Assembly: GCA_020891255.1 (NCBI GenBank)
Contig: BQFW01000014.1
Span: 1,550,001-1,614,000, forward strand
DNA: 64,000 nt
Direction: 5' to 3'
Origin: Entomortierella parvispora E1425
Lineage: Eukaryota > Fungi > Mortierellomycota
Positions 51,851 through 63,639 of the stretch are shown one piece after another. The translations under genes and the position numbers were made by a program. Position 1 is the first letter of the stretch. Each line of letters begins with the position of its first letter. A model generated the notes under the pieces. That model had not been told where the DNA came from and ran no database searches. It saw only the letters and a list, made by a program, of their open reading frames with translations.

Positions 51851-54800
51851 GGAAAAGGAAAATGTCAGAAAATGTCAGAAAATAACAAGAGAATGAGAAG
51901 AAAGAGTCAGGTCATGGAATCAATCGTTACAGTATTATTGATCTGCCGCCGCTTGGACCTGTCTACAGCGAGACATGAATGAGGGCAAATGACGTCCGGC
52001 AGATAAGCATCCGATATTGGGCTGGCATCCTCACTTGGGGCAGTATGCTCTTTGTGAAAGCGGGGGGTGACCTTCGACCACTCCGTTACCCAGGCCCTAG
52101 AGATCCAATTCGTTGCGGCATTCTTTGGTCCTTTGTACCGTACTTTGCGATCAAACTCGTCCACATCTCGTTTGTGCTCAATGGCGTAGAGGCGATCTAT
52201 TTTTCCAAAAGATGAGTCAGCAGCAATCAAAAGATATCCCGCCATCTGCTTTTGTGATGTGGTCCTCCTTTTTTTTACCTTGGACTTGGTCCTTGGCACA
52301 TTCTGTGCACAGGTCATCAGTGGTCAGTATTGAGTACTGGTCAACTAAGCCCATCTTGATCAAGATACTGTATGCGCTCTTATCATTAAAACCGAAGAAA
52401 GATTAATAAAGCGGTTGAAATTTGAGCAGAAGCTAACACAGAGAAAATTCAAAAATACGAACCTCGCTTACGCGTTTGCTTCGAACAACCGTCTTGGGGC
52501 AGAGTTTACGGTGCTTGCAGGTGATTTGAGGAGGAGGAGGAGACTCCATGGCATCGTCCGACTCTGTCTTCAACGCCAGGATCTGCGTGAGCAGTTCTTG
52601 AGGGACATAGTACCCTTTGTCATCATCAACGGACCAGATTCGGTACAGCTCTCGAAGAACAGACCGACGTTTTTCAAACTCTTGGATCTGGGCCTGGCGA
52701 CTACAGCAGACGGAAATCAACCATTAGAAGTGAAAACTTGAAAACTTAAAACAAATTGACTAAACCAGCTATTACGATAACTTTAGAACTTACGCAGACA
52801 TATAAGAGTCGATTTCTGCCTGATAGGTATCATTATCGTTTAAAACTTCAGACATGACCGCATCAACTGGCACAACGGTCGTGACATCTCTCTTGGTCAC
52901 ACGCCTAGTATATGAAAGCATGTAGGCGTTTCTGGACGAGAAGATACTAGATTCCCATAAAAACATTAATTAGTTCTTTGATCTCCTTCCCTGTAAGAAC
53001 TAGTCATTAATCCCAACTTTTAACGCCCGCCCTTACTTTTCCGTGTCATCAACTTCAGTGAGGGCGACCTTTTGCTTCTTTGCTTTAGGCTTCGTTTTCT
53101 TGGGCTCGACATAGTCCACAGGATCAAACTTCGTAGAGCTGAACTCGAGTACGGATTCATCGTTACAAATGAACCACTTTTTGCTTCTAAGATCCAAGCG
53201 AAAGGAATGAGTTACATCCAACTATGAGTTTCTCCTGCTGGCCATCACTTCAGGTAACTGACACTTACTCTGGATGCAAGACATAGGCAAGATAATGGCC
53301 GGTCTCCACTGACTCTCCGCTGTGCACGAGTACAGCCGAGAGATCGTACAGCTGACTTTCGGTTGACCCTACAAGTCGCGAGACATCGATTGATTCTGGG
53401 AAGAGCACTTTGTCGAATGACTTTTCTTTTGTCCAAGTCTCAGAGTCGTATTTGAACCGCATCAACTGAACGTTGAGGACCTAGTCGTGATTGACGAGGC
53501 AAACGCGCCACCTGATGTAAGGATAACTTGTTTCTTGAACTTGCTCATGAACCCCCATGGTTTGCATGCCATTCCTAGTCCTACCTCGGGAATATTGTCA
53601 AACTTGATTTCCCTGGTTGCGTTCTGTAATGACTGACAGACGCTACAAAAGTACCTAGAATGGGGCAGAGGTAATCGTTAAGGGCGACTGAGAAAAGGGC
53701 CAAGTTCTGAGTACGAACTAACACCACCCACACCCCTTCTCAAGCCCGTTTGACCTACCTATCGTCTCCTACTAACTTTTCAGGTTTCAAAAGATCGTCC
53801 AGACAGTCCTTCAGAGTCCAGTGATCATCAATGTTCAAGCTCAACTCGAAAAACGGACACGGTCGAATAGAGGTCGTTTTGCATTTTTTGCAGGTTGTGC
53901 TATAGTTGTAATTGCCTTGAAACTAGAGCGTGGTTTCCAAAGCACATTCAACGTTAGCATCTACAAACTCGGGTGGCGGTCAAAAAGAATTGGAGGCGGG
54001 TTGTCCATGAAAAGTAACATAGTGGTGTGCGCAAACTCACATGATCCTTGATAAAAGTACGTAGTTGGCCATTGTCCTGTTGTTGGAGCTCACTGTCAAT
54101 CTTGGACATGAGCAAGCTACCAAACCTGTAGAAAAAAAAAGGACAGGAAATCAGTAACACAAGTCGTCCAGCTTGAAGTTCTCAGGCGTCCAGTTGGATG
54201 GTGAACGTACTCTTGTGCATCCTGCTCTAGTTCCATGTTGAGTCCAAGGCACTCCACTAGCGAAAGAGGACTGTAGCTGTTCTTTTTTCCTTTGTCCATG
54301 TGTGCAAACAGCGATTGTAACTGATGAAGAGCATCCTATGCACAGCATTCGTCACAGGTCATTCGTTCAAAAGAAAAAAAGAAATAATGAAAATTGTTCA
54401 AGCTATAATATGAAGCAGACAAATCATTTCTTTACCTTGGAGATATTCGTATTGGGCTTGGTGACACATTGGTAGATACAATCCCGAAATGCCGGGTCAT
54501 GGAACCAAACCTGCAGGGAAGCATTGGCATAGCAGGTAGCTCCCAGGTTCTTACAGGATGGAAAGAAAAGCGAAAAATGAATAAACTACCGTCCTTAATT
54601 GGGCGAACAACGAACTATTTTCGAGCTTGCTTACTTTTAATCCAACGGACGTCCCTGCTATCCGCTTGTCGAGGAGGGGGTTGTCCTTCTTGCTGTCTGG
54701 AGAGCAGTACTTTTCGGCCGCATCTGTTTGCGAGAAAGAGCAAAGAGAGAGAAGAGAGAGGTGGGTGATGTGTTTGGGCAAACATTGATCGTTGGCTGAT

Positions 54801-55150
54801 AGATGGCTGGTCTTTTTTTTTTTTTTTTTCGAGCGATAAATCCTACCTTCTTTCTCCCACTGGTCCTGTCCCAGGTAGTTGAGGCACTGAGGGTTCCCCT
54901 CCTTGGAACATGTGGGCGAGCAGGAGGCACTCACAGTCGGAGGCTCGCTGTACTTGTTACCACAGTAGGGAGATGGTGCATCCTTGGTCGAGTTGGATAT
55001 GGATTCATCCTCAGAATGGCTGTCGTCGATGGGTTGCAAAAAGTAGACACGGCGAAGATGGGCTGGTGTAAAGTCCTCTATCGACTTGACCTCTGTGCCC
55101 ACAAACCCGTACCGTCTGTCAGCTCCTCTTTTGCCGCTGACCGGTGGCAT
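50191..55150 (-). CDS. USP48: Ubiquitin-specific protease, USP48-like, many exons
   Basis: CSKEGNPQCLNYLGQ; Cys box NLGATCYANASLQVWFH; EQDAQE; His box YDLSAVLVHSG..VETGHY; WFICNDESV; Ubl-like QKLMLGDLEL; final exon GFSGTGL ending TAA at 50193-50191. Confidence 0.85.
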
Positions 55151-55755
55151 CCTCGGCCCGTCTTCAGCTGCGTTGTTGGTGGTTCAGAGGGGCAGGAGCG
55201 AAATAGATTGTGAGCGCGCGATCGTTTTTGTTGAGCGTTGGTTGTCGGAATGAATGAATGAAATGAAATGTAGTGCGCAGGAGCGATCCGCTGGATGGAT
55301 GAGTGTGTCTGCGGTGAGTTCTCGGGGGGAAATGTACCCTCGTTTTGGTAATGGGTAATGCTATCTCGATGGTGAGGGGGTCGGGAGGATTGGATCGGGT
55401 GAAGAAGAGAAAGGGACGAACGAATGCAGTGCAATGCATCGCGCTTTTTTGCATTGATGCGCGGCAAAGGCACAGTCAGGGCAATTTTTGGTGCGGGTTT
55501 GAGCCTCTTTCATTTTCACTTTGCCTCGCTCCTCTTGTCTTTTCTTTTTCGTCTGCGTGTGTTCTACTCAGTGATGGTGGTACACGTCGCTTTATTCGTG
55601 GCGGATGGTCTCTAGTGTACACGCAGCAGGGCATGGTAGATATTACAAAGGAAGAAACAAAGGGATGGTGGCATGGTATATGATACAACAAAGGAGGAAT
55701 CTTCAAAAAAAAAGAGAACAGAACGAGTTGCCGCAGGGAGAACCCCATGCTTCGA

Positions 55756-58700
55756 CTATCGGGACGCAAACCCGCGGCCTGCACCTCCTCGCTTCATAGG
55801 CATTGGCCGGCTAACTTTGCGTGGTCCCTCTGATCCGTTGTTTGTCAGTCCAGACTTCCCCGTCCCTCCGAAAACTACACCGGACAAAGGCGTGGAGGAG
55901 AACATGCCCGTGGCGGGCGTCTGGAGTGAAGTCGAGTGTGTCGAGTGAACTGGCGTGGCGGAACGTGCAGGATTCATGTGGCTCTTGTTGCTAATGTCTG
56001 AAAGACTGCTGGCTCCTGAACTAGTCTCGCCGCCTCCATTGCCCTCCATATCAGATGCTGTCCGCTTGGGGATAGACGAGAACATCCCAATGCTTCCAAC
56101 TCCTTTGCTTGGCCGGACAGGTCGTGACACGTTGTTGATGGAAGTGATGCCACCGATCCCCCTTTGCGCCAAATTTGCCAACACTGTTGGTCTCGCAGCC
56201 TCTTTGCTCTTTTCTGCGTCCTGCCCTGCAAACAACGGTGAAGGTCTTCGCAAATTTGACTGTCCTGAAGACGCCGATTGACCTGCCAAAGGTGAAGAAA
56301 CACACTTTTGACTCTCTGATAAAGTGTTGCTATCAAGGACGATGTCGCTTGCAACAAGAGGACTTGAAGCACGACTGGTGTCCATGGCGCTTGTAGCATC
56401 TATTGCCGCGACGGGTATCGTAGGGGTTTCACTGACAATGGGCTCCAGAAAAGGGTCTTGGAATGGATTCAAAGTCGCGTCGGTAGTCATCCCTTGTTTT
56501 TCCGATGGAGGTTCAGAAGAACTCGTTTGAGTACTACCGTCCGAGTCTGCCATGGAGTCGTCTTTGTCTTGCAGAGTATCCGAAGCTGCCGTTGTATACA
56601 CATCCACGCGACCGCGCTCTCTAAACTCTGAGAGAAGTTCCTGTGGAGGGCGTGTCCTCCCCCATGTCTGAGGGAACTTGTACTGGCGTCGCCGAGGTGT
56701 CCTCCCAGTGGAATCATCTGCCTTGAGGCGCTGCGGCAAGATCTCTCCTGTTTGCTCTCGGATTTGCTCAATATCGTGGCCTGATTCCTCTGAAAACTTT
56801 TCCACTTCGTCTTTGAAACCGTAGATCTGCAAAGTTAAATGCACAAATTGATTGTTAGCTATCAATTCAAGAGAAACATTCTCTCAGCAAGAACAATCAT
56901 ATTCTACAAGCGGATTGCTTACGATATCGTTAAGTGGCCCGTGCTTGTCGTCAAAAGTTTTGATAGTTCTGTCCGTGCGCAACTTGAGGTCCTTGAGGGC
57001 CGTCGCATTATTATCTGAGGATTCGGTGAACAACTTTTCTAGGTTTTCGCTTCTGGCCGTCACTTCCTGATAGCCACCCAGGGCTTTGGTGTACATATTT
57101 TCCACTTCCCCTTGAGTGTGGTCGCCCATAGATTGGATATCATTCAGACTAGATGACTGCCCATCGCTGGCCACCTTAACAACATCTTGACGCTTTCCTT
57201 CCAGCGCCTCCTTGCCCTTGTCACCGAGACGCTGGAACTCAGCCTGCGATTTCGCAAGTTGAGCGATATGATCCTGCTCTTTCTCGTTGAAACTGGAGGC
57301 CCAAGTCTGCTGCTTCACGTGTGCATTCTTCAGTCTGTCGGTGACGAGTTCGATCGAGTTGGTCGCGTCCGAGAAATGACCCATTAAAGAGCCTGTCTGT
57401 TCCTTCAAGAATCGATTCAGAGAGTTCCCGAGCTCCAGCAACAGTGCATCTTTTTGCTGTATGCTTGTAGTCTCCTGCGCCTCAAGCCGCTGTCGAAGCT
57501 GGTGATTTTGTTCCTGAAGGAAGTCGATCTCTCTCTGCGTCGCCTCGTCGTACGAGGCAAGAGAGATCGATAGCTGGTTCGCTCTTTCCTCTGAAAATAG
57601 TCTGGATTCCTCAGCCAATGATAGCAACTCGGTTACCATTGAAGCATGTTGCGTCTCTGCGAGTCCTGAATACTCCTCTAGAACTTTCTTCAGCTGGCCA
57701 AAGCACTCGATCGAATTGACTTTCGCGGACTCTGCTTCTTTTTTCAGGGACTTGACGGTAATTTGGTGCAAACTTTCGAAACGTCTCTTGAGATCGGTGA
57801 TGGCCTCCACGTTACGACTCTTCTCCAGTGAAAATCTTGTCAATGTCTCGGCCAAGTCCGCCAGTTGTGCTTCAAGGTAGAACTTTGTGTCTACCAGCTC
57901 TTTGTCGGTGTCTTTGAAAGCTTTGTCGACGATACCATCTAATGACTCCAAGAGTTTGCGTTGCTTTGATTCGTGGTCCTCAACCTTCTCTTCGACTTGG
58001 GATGCAAGGTCGGTCAGTCGTTCCTGAAACTCCTTGATTGTTCGTCGGTTCTCTCTTTCGACGAAGGTCTTGCGCTCCAGCTTCTCATGCAGCCCCTTGA
58101 TATCCTTTACGCTAGTAGACAAGGTTGAACGTAAGCCAGAAGCTACAGAGTTGAGGTGCTGCTCTGTATGTGCATGTGCCTTGCGTAGAACCATTTCCTC
58201 TTCAAGGATGCGTTTGGTTTGCTCTAATTCATCCTGGGCTTTTTGTAGTTCGACTTTCTTGCCCTCCAACTCGGTATTGGAGAGGCTTAATTTGACCTCC
58301 GTCGTTGTGAGCAGCTTCATTGTATCCCGGAACTTTTCCTCCATCCGGCTAAGCTCCTGAGCTGACTTTTCTGCCATTTTTTGGACTTCGCTGACCATGT
58401 CCTTGCGACTTGAATTTTCGTCCACAAGCTGCTGGTAGGATTCCTGGGTCATGAACACGCCATTTTTCTCCCGCGTGGCCTAATCGACCATTGTAAACTT
58501 TGGTTAATATCGCACCATATGATCTTCGGCTTGCCAGGCCATACATGTTATCAATCTTACATTGAGATCAGCCTTGAGACGATCGATTTCCAAAAGATAC
58601 TCCTTGATGAGGGTCTTCTTTGACATTTTCTGGTTGATCTCAGGAGTATTCTTGATGTTTTTAGCCCGGTTCGCGTAATTCAGGGTACTGATTGTTTCTT

Positions 58701-60105
58701 CCAAGCAAGACCTTGCAGGTGAAATTGTCGCGATAATACAGGTTTTGGTCTTTCCACCGAGAGAATCTTCAAGTAGTCTGGTCAGTTTGCTCTCTCTAAG
58801 GCATGACATTTAGATAAACCAGTGTGAGCTGACAAGTCCCTGCACATTAATAGCCAACAAAACCACCCGTTCGGCCATTTCTTTCCATACCTGTAAGGAA
58901 TATGCTGCGATCTCTCCACCAATGAATTGATCACTCGTCCCAAAGTCAACAAACTCTGGTTGATACGTCCTGCTTCCTTTGCCTGGGTGGCTTCTGCACC
59001 AGATCGAGCAATATTTTCCGATCCGGCCAGATCTACCAAGTTCAATTTCCCGATTTTCAAAAGCTCTTCGCCGTCGTCTGTGGTTTCCTTGACGTGCACT
59101 GTGACTGAAAATATTCCATGAGATCGACTTGACTTGTCGTTGCTTTTGGTTGCTGCTACAGTTCGCTTAGCACTGCCACGTCTCAAAGCCTCAATTCCCT
59201 GCATGGCATTGAAAACAGCCACCTCCTCCAGTCCTTGCACAAGTGGACCCTGTTTCTTGAGGTTGTCAAAGATCTTGACAGCTTTGCGATCATCTTCTGG
59301 CGCCAACAAGTCCTTGATCTCTTCGTTGTAAAGCTCGAGGAAGGATACTCGGACGGTGTACTCTGTGTCCTTCCTTTCCAAGGCCGCGAATAATTGGTAC
59401 AGCGTTCGGGGGATAATTCCTGCATCTCTCGAGCACTCTCCAAAGTTGTCGCGGAGATCTCCTTCCATCGTATACGTCTTTCCAGTGCCTGTCTGACCAT
59501 ATGCAAAGATAGTGCAGTTGTATCCTGTCAAGACTTCGTCCAATATCGGAGTTACGATCTCGTTGTAGATTTGCTCCTGGTCCGAATAACAAAAGACTCT
59601 GTCAAAGCTGTAGCTCTTTGAGGGTGCTCGGTCGCCAAGAGCAGAAGGGACAAGAATGTCCTTCTTGTTATGTGCCTGTACAGCTACAGGTGAGTTTTCC
59701 TTTTGTTCGCGTTCGCTTCGGTCCCTGCTCGAGAAAAATATATTGATTAATACTTCATCCACCCATGTGCACCCTTTAGGAATCAAAACAACCATTTTCC
59801 ATGCCGTACCTAATGCGGACCACGACCTGAATATTAAGCTCCTTGTTTCCATTGACGAGACCCTGTTGGCTGGTGGAACTGGTCATGGCCTTCACAGACG
59901 ACTGCTGGTACTGCTGATTCATTGAACCTCCAGGGAGTCGCATGCCTGCTCCGCCTCCGCCTCCCGAGGCGGCAGATGAGAGAGAGTCGGAAGACAGTCG
60001 TCTGCGTAACGTAGGCGTGTCATTCTCTAGCAACTGTTGACCGAGATGTTTTTGATGGGTAATGTGATTCCGCGCTGCGGACGACCCACTTTTGGGGCCA
60101 AACAT
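55756..60105 (-). CDS. bimC: Kinesin-5 (BimC/Cut7/Eg5 family) spindle motor, multi-exon
   Basis: [56 protein letters not shown], coiled-coil stalk and BimC-box-like TGRTPRRR. Confidence 0.93.
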
Positions 60106-60344
60106 GATAAAGGGGATGCCCGGCGGTGAGGAATTGAGGGGCAGACGATGGAGGGTGGAAACGGAGGGCCAAGTGAGCGAGGATGGGATTAAATGCAGTG
60201 AAGAGCGTGAAAGGTCGACTCAACAAACAGAACACACAAATAAAGAGAAACGCGCTTTGGGCGTGTACCTATTTTCAACGCAAATTGCGCGAGTATACGT
60301 CACCGAATAATGACCATGGGTGTGCTACGGCGCCAACTAGATGT

Positions 60345-60350
60345 CACGTG
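60345..60350. promoter_or_regulatory. E-box (GTCACGTGAT) 52-57 bp upstream of tRNA-His
   Basis: Palindrome seen directly; matching motifs lie upstream of tRNA-Phe. Function is inferred only. Confidence 0.35.
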
Positions 60351-60401
60351 ATAACCGACATTATTATCGCATCAATGCTACTGCAGATATCATGTGATCA
60401 G

Positions 60402-60473
60402 GCTAACATAGTATAATGGTTAGTATATCTCGTTGTGGCCGAGACGATCCTGGTTCGATTCCAGGTGTTAGCA
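60402..60473 (+). tRNA. tRNA-His(GTG)
   Basis: Acceptor stem GCTAACA/TGTTAGC plus A73; anticodon arm TCTCG-ttGTGgc-CGAGA; T arm CCTGG-TTCGATT-CCAGG; T-runs follow. Confidence 0.96.
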
Positions 60474-60560
60474 CACATTTTGTGCTTTTTTAGAACGTGT
60501 GTCTTTTTTGTCGAAGGAGGGAGCAGCTCAGTTGGATCGTCTTTGGCTGGCGGCGATAGA

Positions 60561-61194
60561 CGAAGAATCAGTCGTTGGTTAGTTATCCGTCGACCTTGAC
60601 ATCTCGTATCCGCCGACCATTAATCACCGACCTTCCTGTCTCTCATCCACCGACCTAACCATTGCCGTATCCGCCGACCTGTCTTCATCTTATCTGCAGA
60701 CGACCCCTTCCTTAGTCCTCGACCTAACCAAAGTACTTTGTTCATGTCAACGAAAAAAAAAAAAAAAAAAAAACTAGATCGGTGACTTATAGACCGGCGG
60801 TGTCTTTCTCACCAACCGCTGTCCTTTCGAGCAGCCGGTCACCAACAGCAGAAGTTTCAAGGACCCAGCTGGCCAAGCTACAAGGGAGATATTGCTTATT
60901 GCTAGACACATTGGTATAAGATCCATAGTATCTACTTTTCACAAGTTCAGGAGAGAGTAATTACTTCGCAACTTTTGGTAAGTTTGAACCCACCTAAAAT
61001 TTCACAGGTCAGCGGCTATGGAAGTGTCGGTGGTCAAGAAACGGAGTGGTCGGCGGATGAGGGACAAGAAGGTCGGCGGATTAGAGAGGGGTCGGTGGTT
61101 AATGGTCGGTGGATACGAGATGTCAAGATCGACGGATAAGACGCCCAAAAAGGAAAGTCCCCCCATGGTCGGTGGTCGTTGGTTAGATTTTTTA
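60561..61194. mobile_element. Non-autonomous TIR element (MITE), copy A, with partly deleted termini
   Basis: Internal inverted repeats (ttatccgtcgaccttgacatctcgtatccgccgaccattaa and its reverse complement); flanked by ggcgataga (60552-60560) and ggcgataaa (61195-61203); reverse complement of copy B. Confidence 0.8.
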
Positions 61195-62542
61195 GGCGAT
61201 AAAACATGGAGCGTCCCTCGACGAAGTACAGCCCAGAGTTCTTGGGCTCTCTATCGGCCTTCCAAACGGGCCATGACGATCTGATAAAAATCACTCTTCC
61301 TGATCCCGTCTCTTTGGAGTAACAATAAAAGATAGCTCTGAAAGAGAATATTCTCCTTTGGTCGAAGGGTTTTCTTGAAGGCTATTCTTCATTCTGCGAG
61401 GAGCAATCTCGTATTGTTCCTTCCTACCCACCATTGTTCCTTTTTGTTTCGCGTACATGTAGTTCAGACTTGGCTTTTATGGCGAGGTTCACGATCTATG
61501 AAAAGAGTTCGTTTTTGTCTTGAAGGCGCTAAAATAAAGATGGTGCACGTTGAACAATATGAGATTGGTGTTCACAGAATGAGAAATAATCTCAGGAGAC
61601 TCCTCGATCAAAAGAGAGCAAAATGAGCACGGCTATTGAGCTAACTATGCTCTCACAGATGACAACAAGCGACCCAATCTTTTTTTTTTCCTTTTTTTTT
61701 TCTGTGCTGAAGCCATCACCTGAACAGGCCAATGCAAAGCGCGAGGCGAAGCACAGGGCAAAGCGGATGGCAAGGCACAAGCCAAATCACAAAGAAAATG
61801 AATACCATTCCCTGCCGAACCTTTCTCGTCCCCGTCTTCATCAATTGAGCAACATTAGTTTTTCTCTTACCCATCCTTGCCTAAAACCCTCTATCTCTAT
61901 TACTTTGACTTCACCCTGCTCTTGCCCTACCATGTTCTCAGGTCATATCCATTCAATACCAGGTTGAACTTTCTGCTACTGCTATTTACTTGAGTCAGAC
62001 ATTATCAACTAGACTTCGGTTCTTACAGCCTTCTTAACCATCGTGTACCAGCCATGACAGAGTTTTGATGCAAGAAAAATAAGTAAATGTAGCCCTAAAA
62101 CCAAAGGTGACGAGTATGAAGTCAACATCCGATATGAGGACTTCGACAGGAAGCTGAGTATCACATTTAAAAACCACACCGAGTTCAAAGTTAGGCCCAT
62201 CGTTCATTTCGCGTCTCCTTTGGGAAAGCCATTGGTTGTGAGTCCTCCAAGTCTTCTGCGCATGGGGGGGGAAAGCCCTAACTGGGCCACTGGAAGGAGG
62301 TGCGCCAAAATCACCAGGGAGCTGACTGCTTCTCTCATTCATTGTGCGGTGTCCTTTGGGGAGTTTGTGCTTGAGTGAAAGAGCGAATGCACACCAGGAG
62401 AGAAACAAAAAAAAAAAAAAAGACTTTTGACAGAGTAAAACAAAAAAAACCCAACTCTCCTTCCTGTCTTTCCGTGGCATATGCCACGGGCAGACACGCT
62501 ATTGTAGTTTTCCTTCGGCGATCAAAACTGCCGTCTCTCAAC

Positions 62543-63220
62543 TAAAAAATCTAACCAATGACTATGTCGTTATGTCGTTTGTTAGTTTTCCACCGACCAT
62601 GGGGGGACTTTCCTTTTTGGGCGCCTTATCCGTCGACCTTGACATCTCGTATCCGCCGACCATTAACCACCGACCCCTCTCTAATCCGCCGACCTTCTTG
62701 CCCCTCATCCGCCGACCACTCCGTTTCTTGACCACCGACACTTCCGTAGCCGCCGACTTGCGAAATTTTGGGGGGGGTTCAAACTTACCAAAAGTTGCGA
62801 AGTAATTACTCTCTCCTGAACTTGTGAAAAGTAGATACCATGGATCTTATACCAATGTGTCTAGCAATATCCAGCTGGGTCCTTGAAACTTCTGCTGTTG
62901 GTGACCGGCTGCTCGAAAGGACAGCGGTTGGTGAGAAAGACACCGCCGGTCTATAAGTCACCGATCTAGATTTTTTTTTCGTTGACATGAACAAAGTACT
63001 TTGGTTAGGTCGAGGACTAAGGAAGGGGTCGTCCGCAGATAAGATGAAGACAAGTCGGCGGATACGGCAATGGTTAGGTCGGTGGTTTAGAGAGGGGTCG
63101 GTGGTTAATGGTCGGCGGATACGAGATGTCAAGGTCGACGGATAAGACGCCCAAAAAGGAAAGTCCCCCCATGGTCGGTGAAAAACTAACAAACGACTGA
63201 GTCGTTGGTTAGATTCTTCG
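62543..63220. mobile_element. Non-autonomous TIR element (MITE), copy B, inverted relative to copy A
   Basis: TIRs of more than 100 bp (gtcgtttgttagttttccaccgaccatggggggactttcc... at 62574 and its reverse complement ending 63197) plus outer aatctaaccaa(t/c)gac repeats; flanked by gtctctcaac (62533-62542) and gtctctcagc (63221-63230). Confidence 0.85.
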
Positions 63221-63274
63221 GTCTCTCAGCAACTTGAGAAGGTATCGAGGCAAAAGAGAACTGAAGCAAAAGAA

Positions 63275-63299
63275 TGCGACCTGTGTGGATTGAACACAC

Positions 63300-63340
<41 letters not shown>

Positions 63341-63347
63341 AGGTCGC
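63275..63347 (-). tRNA. tRNA-Phe(GAA)
   Basis: Reverse complement GCGACCTTAGCTCAGTTGGGAGAGCGTCAGACTGAAGATCTGAAGGTCGTGTGTTCAATCCACACAGGTCGCA folds as a cloverleaf with anticodon GAA. Confidence 0.96.
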
Positions 63348-63403
63348 TATCTTGATTGATTGCTCTAATTCTGAGAAATCTATATTCTAAAGATAGAGAC
63401 TAT

Positions 63404-63422
63404 CACGTGATCATATCACGTG
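63404..63422. promoter_or_regulatory. Two CACGTG E-boxes 57-75 bp upstream of tRNA-Phe
   Basis: tatcacgtgatcatatcacgtg seen directly; function is inferred only. Confidence 0.35.
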
Positions 63423-63639
63423 TACATCATTTCGGTTCGCATTTGTCTCATCCTCTGCATGCATGCATGCATGCATCCCTCCCTCCCTATAACTTTTAAC
63501 CCTCTCCCAAGCACCTTTGCTCACAATGTAAGTTAAGCCTGTTCAGTGTTTTCCAATCCTGTGTATATTCTGGTTCATGCACATTGTTTGTACTTTGAGA
63601 ACCTGTGTCAATGATGTGCTTGTATCGATGGAGTGCCTT

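Noticed and set aside
60401-60401. Genomic G at position -1 of tRNA-His
   Set aside because: Eukaryotic G-1 is normally added by Thg1 opposite A73; one G is expected by chance about a quarter of the time.
60525-60535. agctcagttgg, matching the tRNA-Phe D-arm/A-box, between tRNA-His and MITE A
   Set aside because: Only 11 nt, with no B-box or cloverleaf nearby.
62058-62378. Stop-free frame of 106 codons in the spacer between the MITEs
   Set aside because: No start codon near its 5' end and no recognisable domain; a blastx hit would be needed.
60561-63220. CRISPR-like or single foldback-element interpretation of the repeats
   Set aside because: No constant-repeat/unique-spacer periodicity and the context is eukaryotic; separate TSDs favour two MITE insertions.
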